Shown here: positions 27,859 to 35,924 of the stretch, piece after piece
Layout of the letters: the number at the start of each line of letters is the position of its first letter
Numbering within the stretch: the stretch's first letter is position 1
Assembly: GCA_964555935.1 (NCBI GenBank)
Contig: CAZKUN010000007.1
Location: 22,474-86,473 of the forward strand
Source: an uncultured Armatimonadia bacterium
GTDB taxonomy: Bacteria > Armatimonadota > Zipacnadia > Zipacnadales > VGFC01
Length of the DNA: 64,000 nucleotides
Direction: 5' to 3'
Program-made: the position numbers and the translations under genes
Notes under the pieces: model-generated
Databases searched by the model: none
What the model was told of the DNA's origin: nothing
The model's input: only the letters and a program-made list of their open reading frames with translations

Positions 27859-29007
27859 ATGCCCGAAACACTCACCCACCGCGACCGCCTGCTCCGCTCC
27901 GCAAGGGGCGAATCGGTTGACCGCGTGCCCATCGATCCGCCGATCGCCTTCGACCGCATCGCGTGGGACGAGAAGGGCTCAGACGCGGCGCCGCATGGAG
28001 ATCCGCTGTGGGTTGAGGTCGCGGAGCGGTGCGCCGAGCACTGCGATGTCTTCGTCGGAATGCCCGCGTGCGGCGCGCTGTTTGATCGGCGCTTCCTCCT
28101 CACGCCGGGCAAGTTCATTGAGCGCCTGCCGGTGGAGAAAGAGGGCGAGTGGACCGTCATCAGGCACGTCGTCCACACGCCCAAGGGCGACCTCACCACC
28201 ACCGACAAGATCCAGGCCGGCGTCTCAACGGGTTGGTACACGGAGCCGCTGGTGAAGACGCCCGATGACGCCGAGGCGCTTCTCAGCGTTCCCTACGAGT
28301 TCACTCCCGTCGACCTCTCGCCGGCCAGGAGTTACGTCGAGAAGGTCGGCGACCGAAGCGTCGCCCACATTGGTGTCTCGACACCCCTTGTCAGCGTCTC
28401 GCGGCTGATGCACTTCGACGAACTGCTGCTGTGGTGCCATACCGAGCGTGAACTCGTGCATCGACTGATCGACACGATGACCGAGCGGATCGAACTGGGG
28501 CTGAGGTACGTGCTCGACGCGGGGCTGGGCGAGATGATGTGGCTCGGCGGATCAGAGCAGGCCACGCCGCCGATGATGGGGCCGGAGATGTACGACGAGT
28601 TCGTGACCCAGTACGACAGCCGGATCATCGACCTCATGCACAATTACGATGGCTTGGTCCATGTCCACTGTCACGGGAAGATCTCGGGGATTCTCGACCG
28701 TCTGCTCGACATGGACGTCGACATGACCGATCCTGTCGAGCCGCCACCTGATGGCGACATCACCATGGCCGAGGCCAAGAAGCGTTGCGCCGGCCGCATG
28801 ACTCTGATGGGCAACATCGAGTTCCGCGAGCTTGAGTTCTCCTCACCCAAGCGCATCCGCGAACTTATCAGGACCGCCATCCTCGACGGCGGCGCGGAGC
28901 GGACGTACCTCTACCCATCCGCCACGCCGATCCAGGCCCTCACGCCACAATACCGCGACAATGCCATTGCCTACATCGAAGCCGGCCTCGAGTTTGGCGC
29001 CTCGTAG
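27859..29007 (+). CDS. URO-D-like family protein (paralog 3)
   Basis: LTHRDRLLRSARGESVDRVPIDPP N-terminus typical of the URO-D/MtaA-like family. 3-nt gap after previous gene. Confidence 0.7.
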   Translation: MPETLTHRDRLLRSARGESVDRVPIDPPIAFDRIAWDEKGSDAAPHGDPLWVEVAERCAEHCDVFVGMPACGALFDRRFLLTPGKFIERLPVEKEGEWTVIRHVVHTPKGDLTTTDKIQAGVSTGWYTEPLVKTPDDAEALLSVPYEFTPVDLSPARSYVEKVGDRSVAHIGVSTPLVSVSRLMHFDELLLWCHTERELVHRLIDTMTERIELGLRYVLDAGLGEMMWLGGSEQATPPMMGPEMYDEFVTQYDSRIIDLMHNYDGLVHVHCHGKISGILDRLLDMDVDMTDPVEPPPDGDITMAEAKKRCAGRMTLMGNIEFRELEFSSPKRIRELIRTAILDGGAERTYLYPSATPIQALTPQYRDNAIAYIEAGLEFGAS

Positions 29008-29038
29008 GGGCGCGATTCATCGCGCCCTGCCTTCGTCT

Positions 29039-31630
29039 CTACTCCACGCTCACGCTGCCGTGGACTGTGAAAGCCTCGATCAGGCGGCCCGTGTGCCACC
29101 CGATCGCGTAGGCGGCGAACTCCACCGCGTATTCACCTCGTGGCAGGTCGGCGTTGTCCTCGGGGTGGTAGCGGAATCGGGCCCGGCTCTGCTCGGTGAT
29201 GGGAGCGCCGCGTCGGAGCACGTGCGCGTCGTTGATCTGCCCACGCAGGGCGATCTCGGCCTTGCTTCCGTCCGTCGCAGTTCCTACCACCGTCAGCGTT
29301 GAGTGACTCCCTTCGGCGTACCATCCCCGTACGGCAGGCGAGTAGGCCGAGGAGGCCAGTACCCTCTCGCGGTCCACCGGCACGTAGTAGTGGACGCCGC
29401 TCTTGCCTTCCATAATTTCCTGAGCATAGTCAATGCTCGATTCGCCGAGGGCGAGCTTCTTCGTGCTGATGAAGGCGGTCGGGTCGCCCAGCTCTCGCCA
29501 TTGGTTCGGGTCACGCCCAGGAGCGGCCGTCGGCGTGCTGGTCAGAGCCTGGTAGTACCTGCCGTCCCGGCTGTAAGTGTGGCCGAGTTCGATCTCGAGG
29601 CTCGGCGTGTAGCGATGAATGCGGCCGTAGTAGTCCTCCATCGCTCCTTGCAGCGCCTCCGGCTCGAGGTACCCGTTGGGCACGAGGATGGCCTGCATGT
29701 CCCGAAGTCGCAGGGCTGCCTGGCCGAGGTCGTGGTCCTTGCCGACAATGATCGGTGGCGGCATTTCACGCTCGAGCGGCTCCAGCGCGCGGCTGTCCAG
29801 CGTCACCCGCGTGTCGCCGTCTCCGTAGTTCAGTTCGGCGCGCGCGTGTGACGTCGCCGCGTCCAGGTTGATGTGAAACTGGTTCATCACGCTGTCGTTC
29901 AGGCGCGTGTCGGGAAGCGGGAAGCTGAGGACGTTGCCGTCGGCGTCGGTCACGTCAAGCGTGCAGCGCGAGGCGGCCAGTTGGGGGCTGTGCCCGCGGA
30001 TGGTCTCCGGGCTGAACACGTTGCCCCAGTTGCCGTGGAGCGCGGGGTAGATGTAGGAGGTGAGCGCGTGCTCCGGCTCTGGGTCGTACACGCCCACGAG
30101 TGTCATCACGGGCACGCCGATCTTGTCGGGCTTCGGCGTGGGGGCGTCGAGTTCGACCATCCGCTGGCTGTCGGGATCCCAACGGCTGTAGCCGGTGGAG
30201 CTGGCGCTGTCGAGCACTCCGGATTGGGCCGTGATATTGGCCTGGATCAGCTTTAACGAGTACGGCGTGTGGTGGGTGAACACGCTGGTGGGTCCCATGG
30301 GCGCTCCGCCGGCCATGGCATCCCTGCCGAAGAGGTAGGGGATGTCGCCCTCGACGGCTCCGCCATTCCAGGCCACGTTAGCGACGAGACGGTGCTTGAA
30401 CAGGTTGTAGCCCCACCCGCCATTGCGCGCGTGGTTGCTCAGCTCGCCGCCTGGGTAGTGCCCGAGCCCGTGGTCGTGGCCGTACTCATGCGAGTATTCG
30501 TTGCCGGTTGTGGACTGCAGCGTGAGCTGTCCGCCGCCGCCGCTGAGGCCGTGGACCACGAACTGATCCTGCGGATTGCCGTCGTCATCGATCCTCGTGT
30601 AGACGCCTGCGCTCGTGTGGAGCGTTGTTTGGCGGTAAGGACGCGGCTGATCCTGGTTGCCGCCGACAGTCGCGAGCACGCCGACGTTGGCGTTGTTGAT
30701 GCCGGTTGAGACCATCCCCTTGGCAATGTTCTCGCGCATGTCGCCGGCGTAGACGCCCGCTCCTTCGAACGTGCTGCGCTGGGTGTAGACGTTCCCGTTC
30801 GGCAGCACCACCTTCTCAAAGTGGATCGGGAGGTACTGAGCGGCCACGAACTTGGCGATGGGCACGGTCTGGAAGTAGTCGAGCGCGAGCTCCGCGGCGA
30901 TGCTGCTGCCGGGGCGTGACCACTGGTTGGTCGGGACGTTGGCCGGGTCGGTCAACATGCCCAGTTCTATGTTCTGGACCACCAACTCGATGGGAGCGCC
31001 GAACTCAAAGGCGTCAGCCGGCAGCGTGGCGCTCTGTCCGGCAGCGTTTCGCACGGTGATACTCATGCCGGGATGCATGAAAGTCCAGGGGATCACGGCG
31101 TTCCAGGCTCGCTTGTTGAAGACCATCGGCTTGCGGCCGTCGGTGTTATTGAAGTCACTGTGAGCGCCGTTCTCGGGTGGCAGCAGGTCGAGGGTCAAAC
31201 TCTCGCCCCGGCTGTTGACGATGATCGCTTGCAGCTCCTGGTGGTCGGAATCGACGGGGGTGAAGAGAACGTAGGCGCCCCGATCGGTCACCAAAAGCGG
31301 CCGTTCCTGGTCTGCTCGATTCGGGCCTACGAGAGTGCTCTGAAGGAAGGCGATCTCGCCGTTCAGCTCGCCCTCGACATTGGGTGTCAGGGGCAGATTG
31401 GCAGTGAAATCGATGGCCTCGGCCCAGTAGGGCGGTTCGGCCGGCGGGGCCGGCCTCGCTCGGCGCGCTGCCTTGCGTCCGCGGCCACCGTAGGGGCGCC
31501 GGCGTTCCTGGGCGCCAACCCGGCCAACCAGTACACAGCCGGTCAGCATCACGAGGGAGATCATCACAACGCACGCGCGACGCAACGTCGCTCCAATCTG
31601 GTGGTATCGGGGATGCGCGCGTCCGGTCAT
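29039..31630 (-). CDS. secreted zinc metallopeptidase, M66 (StcE)-like HExxHxxGxxH
   Basis: Motif SHEYGHDHGLGH. N-terminal hydrophobic segment (MISLVMLTGCVLVG, possible lipobox). About 860 aa. Confidence 0.65.
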   Translation of the reverse strand: MTGRAHPRYHQIGATLRRACVVMISLVMLTGCVLVGRVGAQERRRPYGGRGRKAARRARPAPPAEPPYWAEAIDFTANLPLTPNVEGELNGEIAFLQSTLVGPNRADQERPLLVTDRGAYVLFTPVDSDHQELQAIIVNSRGESLTLDLLPPENGAHSDFNNTDGRKPMVFNKRAWNAVIPWTFMHPGMSITVRNAAGQSATLPADAFEFGAPIELVVQNIELGMLTDPANVPTNQWSRPGSSIAAELALDYFQTVPIAKFVAAQYLPIHFEKVVLPNGNVYTQRSTFEGAGVYAGDMRENIAKGMVSTGINNANVGVLATVGGNQDQPRPYRQTTLHTSAGVYTRIDDDGNPQDQFVVHGLSGGGGQLTLQSTTGNEYSHEYGHDHGLGHYPGGELSNHARNGGWGYNLFKHRLVANVAWNGGAVEGDIPYLFGRDAMAGGAPMGPTSVFTHHTPYSLKLIQANITAQSGVLDSASSTGYSRWDPDSQRMVELDAPTPKPDKIGVPVMTLVGVYDPEPEHALTSYIYPALHGNWGNVFSPETIRGHSPQLAASRCTLDVTDADGNVLSFPLPDTRLNDSVMNQFHINLDAATSHARAELNYGDGDTRVTLDSRALEPLEREMPPPIIVGKDHDLGQAALRLRDMQAILVPNGYLEPEALQGAMEDYYGRIHRYTPSLEIELGHTYSRDGRYYQALTSTPTAAPGRDPNQWRELGDPTAFISTKKLALGESSIDYAQEIMEGKSGVHYYVPVDRERVLASSAYSPAVRGWYAEGSHSTLTVVGTATDGSKAEIALRGQINDAHVLRRGAPITEQSRARFRYHPEDNADLPRGEYAVEFAAYAIGWHTGRLIEAFTVHGSVSVE

Positions 31631-31775
31631 TGTTTTGGGTCCCTTCGCCGGCGATCTCTCGCGCCGGTGACTGTCGCTTCTTCAGTCTAACCGATCTCTG
31701 AGGAAACTCGAGGAGTTTCCACGACGGGCCCGGATGCTGGGGCTCCAAACCCACAACGGTTGCTCCGACGCCCTT

Positions 31776-32825
31776 CTACTCTCCTACCGGCTTGCTCGTT
31801 ATCAGCCCAATCCCCCGCCCCTTGTCGCCGACCGCGCAATAGTGCATGTAGTGCATGTCGGTCCTTGGATCATGCACCAGCGAGATCTTGTGGGCGTATG
31901 TCCGGTCGATCCCGCTCGGGTTCCCGCCGGCCTTGTAGAGCGGCTCCGGGTGAACGGTCCAACCGCGCAAGTCGGGCGAGAACGCCGCCATAATGTGCGC
32001 GCCGCCTCGCCCCACACCGAAGTAGAACATCACCCAGTGGTCGCCGTCGCGGAAGACCTTGCCGTCCGAGCAGAATGCCTCGTCATACCCGCCGGGCGTG
32101 TTGCGGACAATCGGGTTGTCGGCGTGTCGCGTCCAGTTGAGTAGGTCGCCTGAGGTAGCGAGGCCCATCTGCTCCGTGCCGCCGTTCGCGGCGTTGTAGA
32201 AGTTCAGGAACTCGCCCTCATGCTCCACCAGCCACGGCTGGTAGATGCAGTCCTTCTCCCATTCGCCGACCTCGGGCTCGTGTACTGAGAGGATGTAGCT
32301 CTCCTTGGCCCTGCGCCACGTCAGCCCGTCGTCGCTGCAGGCCACGCCCTCGTAGCCCGGCCGAAGTTCGTAGCCTCCCTGCCGAGGGTAGGCGCCGTAG
32401 AGCGACCAGTAGACGCCGTCCCGCTGCTTCAACACTCGCGGCGAATCGATGTCATACGATTCGTACAGATACGCCCCCAGCACGCGGCCGCCATTGTCGA
32501 ATTCGCCCCCCGGTCCATACCCCATCGCGAGGCGCGGGTCGGTCCAGCTGACAAGGTCGGTGCTCTCGGCCACGAACGACTGGTATCCCTGCCCATCGAA
32601 CCCGATGAAGCTCATGTACCAACGCTCGTCGCCGGGGATCTGATAGACCGTCGGGCAGTCGACCATATGCACGCCATCGAAGCCGGGGATGCCCGGATCA
32701 GCGGGGATCACGTGCTCCGGGTAGTAGTGCCAGTTCCGGTACGGCTCAGACCAGGCGTCAAGTGTCGCCATGTCGATGGCCCCCGTCGGCAGCAGGTTCA
32801 GGAGCAGGGCTGTCGCGAGTCCCAT
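31776..32825 (-). CDS. 5-bladed beta-propeller glycoside hydrolase/phosphorylase-like (GH43/GH130-like)
   Basis: Repeated W/Y/G-rich blades, DNPIV and DG motifs, about 350 aa. Start placed at MGLATA (32825) just past the upstream sulfatase stop. Confidence 0.5.
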   Translation of the reverse strand: MGLATALLLNLLPTGAIDMATLDAWSEPYRNWHYYPEHVIPADPGIPGFDGVHMVDCPTVYQIPGDERWYMSFIGFDGQGYQSFVAESTDLVSWTDPRLAMGYGPGGEFDNGGRVLGAYLYESYDIDSPRVLKQRDGVYWSLYGAYPRQGGYELRPGYEGVACSDDGLTWRRAKESYILSVHEPEVGEWEKDCIYQPWLVEHEGEFLNFYNAANGGTEQMGLATSGDLLNWTRHADNPIVRNTPGGYDEAFCSDGKVFRDGDHWVMFYFGVGRGGAHIMAAFSPDLRGWTVHPEPLYKAGGNPSGIDRTYAHKISLVHDPRTDMHYMHYCAVGDKGRGIGLITSKPVGE

Positions 32826-32827
32826 GA

Positions 32828-34327
32828 TTACGCTCCCGGCGGGCGCGAGTACTCCCACCCCGCATGCAGCCACGAACTCAGCTCCGTGCACAACTCCTGG
32901 TTCTCCGCGCGGTCTGCGATGTTCACGTTCTCGCCCGGATCGTCTTGGTGATCGTATAGCTCCCGCGCCAGCACCCTCTGCTCGTCCTCGATCCACTCGG
33001 TGTACCGATACCGGTCCGTCCGCATCGAGTACCCCATCTTGTTTCGGCCGCGCGGGTATTGGCTGAACGCCGCGCGCTTCCACTCGCGGGTCGGATCGTC
33101 CATCAGCGGCGCGAGGCTCGTCCCCTCAAGGTGATCCGGCAGCGCCAGCCCGGCCAGCTCCGTGACCGTCGGGTAGATGTCTACGAACTCACACAGCGCG
33201 TCCGTCGGCTGGCCCTTCGCCTTCTGGTCGGGCGAGGCGATGAGTAGCGGTGAGTGAGTGCTTGTCTCGTAGTTGCAGTGCTTGCACCAGAGCCCGTGTT
33301 CGCCGAGTTGCCAGCCGTGGTCGCCCCAGAATGCGATGACCGTGTTCTCCCGCAGACCGAGCGCATCCAGTTCATCCATCAGCCGTCCGAGTTGCGCGTC
33401 GATGAAGCTCACGCAGGCGTAGTAGCCGTGGATCAGCTCGCGCGCCTGCTCATCGCTAAGCGGGCCCTTCTTCGGGATCTGATGGTACTGGCGCAGCTCG
33501 CCCCAGGTGTGCAGCGCGATATCGGGCGCTCCCTCGGGGCGGAACGGGTTGTCGGCGAGGTTGATCTCATCGCGCGGGTAGAGGTCCCAGTAGCGCTTCG
33601 GAGCCGCGAAGGCGAGGTGAGGTTTCAGGAAGCCGACGCCCAGGAAGAAACTCTCTTCAGCCTCCTTGTGCGCGCGGAGCGCCTCGATCGCCTTGTCTGC
33701 GATCTGGCCATCGGCGTAGGCGTTGTCGGGCAGGTCGCCGGCTTCGGTGGCGGGGCCGCGCACGCGCTTGCGCTTCTCCGGATCCGTTTCGGCCTTGCGA
33801 AGTCGGTCGAGTAGCGCCAGGTTCTCCTCGGTCACGACTCCGGGGAACTGGTTCTGCGCGACCCATGGTTCAGACGACCATCCAGGGGGATCCTCGCGCT
33901 TGCCATGGTGGTAGATCTTCCCCAGCGACGTGCTGATGTACCCGTTCTCGCGGAAGAGCTGTGGCAGCGTCATGACGTCGGGCATCGTCGTGCGCAGCGG
34001 CGTTTGGAGGTCATGCACGCCCGTCGTGTTCGGTCGGCACCCGCTCAGCACGCTCGCCCGCGATGGCGCGCAGACGGCTTGCTGACAGTACGTCCGCCGA
34101 AACAGCGTCCCTTCGGCGGCCAGCCGGTCGATGTTCGGCGAGACGATCTGGCTGTGCCCGTGACATTTGAACTGCGGCCTGAGATCATCGACCGCAATGA
34201 AGAGCACGTTGTGGCCCGGCCGCTCCCGGCGTCGCGCTTTCAGTCCGCCGGCCATCGCCAGCGCCCCAACGCCGATTCCCGTCACCCCCATCGCTATCGC
34301 CTCCCGTCGAGTGACCCTCGTTGCCAT
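32828..34327 (-). CDS. arylsulfatase family (Cys-type, Tat signal)
   Basis: Formylglycine motif CAPSRASVLSG. Tat-type N-terminus RREAIAMGVTGIGVGALA. Start at MATRV (34327). Confidence 0.85.
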   Translation of the reverse strand: MATRVTRREAIAMGVTGIGVGALAMAGGLKARRRERPGHNVLFIAVDDLRPQFKCHGHSQIVSPNIDRLAAEGTLFRRTYCQQAVCAPSRASVLSGCRPNTTGVHDLQTPLRTTMPDVMTLPQLFRENGYISTSLGKIYHHGKREDPPGWSSEPWVAQNQFPGVVTEENLALLDRLRKAETDPEKRKRVRGPATEAGDLPDNAYADGQIADKAIEALRAHKEAEESFFLGVGFLKPHLAFAAPKRYWDLYPRDEINLADNPFRPEGAPDIALHTWGELRQYHQIPKKGPLSDEQARELIHGYYACVSFIDAQLGRLMDELDALGLRENTVIAFWGDHGWQLGEHGLWCKHCNYETSTHSPLLIASPDQKAKGQPTDALCEFVDIYPTVTELAGLALPDHLEGTSLAPLMDDPTREWKRAAFSQYPRGRNKMGYSMRTDRYRYTEWIEDEQRVLARELYDHQDDPGENVNIADRAENQELCTELSSWLHAGWEYSRPPGA

Positions 34328-34435
34328 GCTCCGTCCCTCCGTGCGTTCTGGCCTTATCTTATTGCGCGGGAGGAAGCGCCGCACCTTCGGCCGAAGTCGG
34401 TGCCATCCGGCGACGCCGCACGAGGGAGCCTCCCC

Positions 34436-35890
34436 ATGAGCGACCGGCCGAACATCCTCCTCATCATGTCCGACCAGCATCACCCGCACGTCCTTGGGTG
34501 CGAGGGCGACAGCGTCGTCCGCACGCCGAACCTCGACGGGCTGGCCGGTCGCGGCGTGCTGTTTGAGAACTGCTATTGCCCTAGCCCTCTCTGCGTGCCG
34601 TCGCGGATGAGCTTCATGACCTCCCGTCACCCGCACCGCAACGAGGTCTGGACAAACGCTTGCTCGTTGCCCTCGGACGTGCCCACCTTCGCCCACGCGC
34701 TTGGCGCCGCGGGATACGAGACCGTCCTCGGCGGGCGGATGCACTTCGTTGGGGCGGACCAGCGCCACGGCTTCGAGAAGCGCCTCATCGGCCAGCTCTG
34801 CTCCGGTCACATCGGCGGCCGCAATCGGGGGATCCTAGACGAGCTGTTTCCCGGAGCGGGTCAGAGCCTCCCGGCCGTTCAGATCTCAGGCCCAGGTCGC
34901 ACCGGTTACCAGGCCTACGATGAGGCCGTCACTGAGGGCTGTACCGAGTTCCTCCGCGACCGCTCGGACGACCGCCCGCTGTGCCTGGTGGCGGGATTCG
35001 TCATGCCCCACTGCCCGTTCATTTGCCCGCCCGATGACTGGGACTACTACCTCGACCGCGTCACGCTGCCCGACGTGCCCGATGGCTACCACGAATCGCT
35101 CCACCCGGCCATGAGGCGCTGGCGCGAAGGCCGCCGCGTTGTCGATCTCACCGATGACGAGATTCGGCGCGCGCGTGCGGGTTACTATGGGCTCGTCACT
35201 CACCTCGACCGCATGGTCGGCGAGCTGCTCGATACTCTCAACGAATCCGGTCTGGCCGATAACACCATCGTCATCTACACGAGCGACCACGGGGAAATGG
35301 CCGGCGAGCATGGCATGTGGTGGAAGAGCAGCTTCTACGAGGGCTCGGCATCGGTGCCCCTGATCGTCTCCGCGCCCGGGCGATTCGCGGAGGGCGCGCG
35401 CATGGCTAACATCACTAACCTCATCGACCTGGGGCCAACGATGGCCGACCTCGCCGGCGCGGACCCAATCCCCGGCGTCGATGGTCGCAGCCTCGCGCCG
35501 GTCCTGCGCGGCGAAGCAACCGAGTGGCTCGACGAGACCTTCAGCGAGCACTACCCCTCACAAGGCTTGCCGCCCACGCGCATGATCCGTAGCGGGCCGT
35601 GGAAGCTCACGCACTTTGAGGGGGAGAGGCCGCAGCTTTTCAACCTCGATGACGATCCGGACGAGTGGAGCGATCTCGGCGAGGATCCGGCCCACGCCGA
35701 TGTGCGGGAGCGATTGCAGGCGCGCGTGCTCGAGGGTTGGTCGGGCGAGCACATGGAGCAGACCCTCGCGGCGCGGCAGCAGGGGAATCGTCTGCTGACC
35801 CAGTGGTACCAACGCCTCCGCCCCGAGGAACCCGAGCAGTGGGTCGCCGATGCGGAAGACAACGTCTACCCCGAGGCGCGCATTCCGTAA
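34436..35890 (+). CDS. sulfatase family (Cys-type), no signal peptide
   Basis: PNILLIMSDQ N-terminus and CVPSRMSFMTS formylglycine motif. ORF-track upstream extension is antisense to the neighbouring gene. Confidence 0.85.
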   Translation: MSDRPNILLIMSDQHHPHVLGCEGDSVVRTPNLDGLAGRGVLFENCYCPSPLCVPSRMSFMTSRHPHRNEVWTNACSLPSDVPTFAHALGAAGYETVLGGRMHFVGADQRHGFEKRLIGQLCSGHIGGRNRGILDELFPGAGQSLPAVQISGPGRTGYQAYDEAVTEGCTEFLRDRSDDRPLCLVAGFVMPHCPFICPPDDWDYYLDRVTLPDVPDGYHESLHPAMRRWREGRRVVDLTDDEIRRARAGYYGLVTHLDRMVGELLDTLNESGLADNTIVIYTSDHGEMAGEHGMWWKSSFYEGSASVPLIVSAPGRFAEGARMANITNLIDLGPTMADLAGADPIPGVDGRSLAPVLRGEATEWLDETFSEHYPSQGLPPTRMIRSGPWKLTHFEGERPQLFNLDDDPDEWSDLGEDPAHADVRERLQARVLEGWSGEHMEQTLAARQQGNRLLTQWYQRLRPEEPEQWVADAEDNVYPEARIP

Positions 35891-35924
35891 GCTCCCGCGT
35901 CTGCGGGCGCGGCGGCCAAGGAAC

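Noticed and set aside
35891-35924. Short hairpin (CCCGC-GTCT-GCGGG) between the convergent sulfatase and secreted-protein genes as a bidirectional terminator
   Set aside because: Only a 5-bp stem with no U-tract on either strand; too weak to call.
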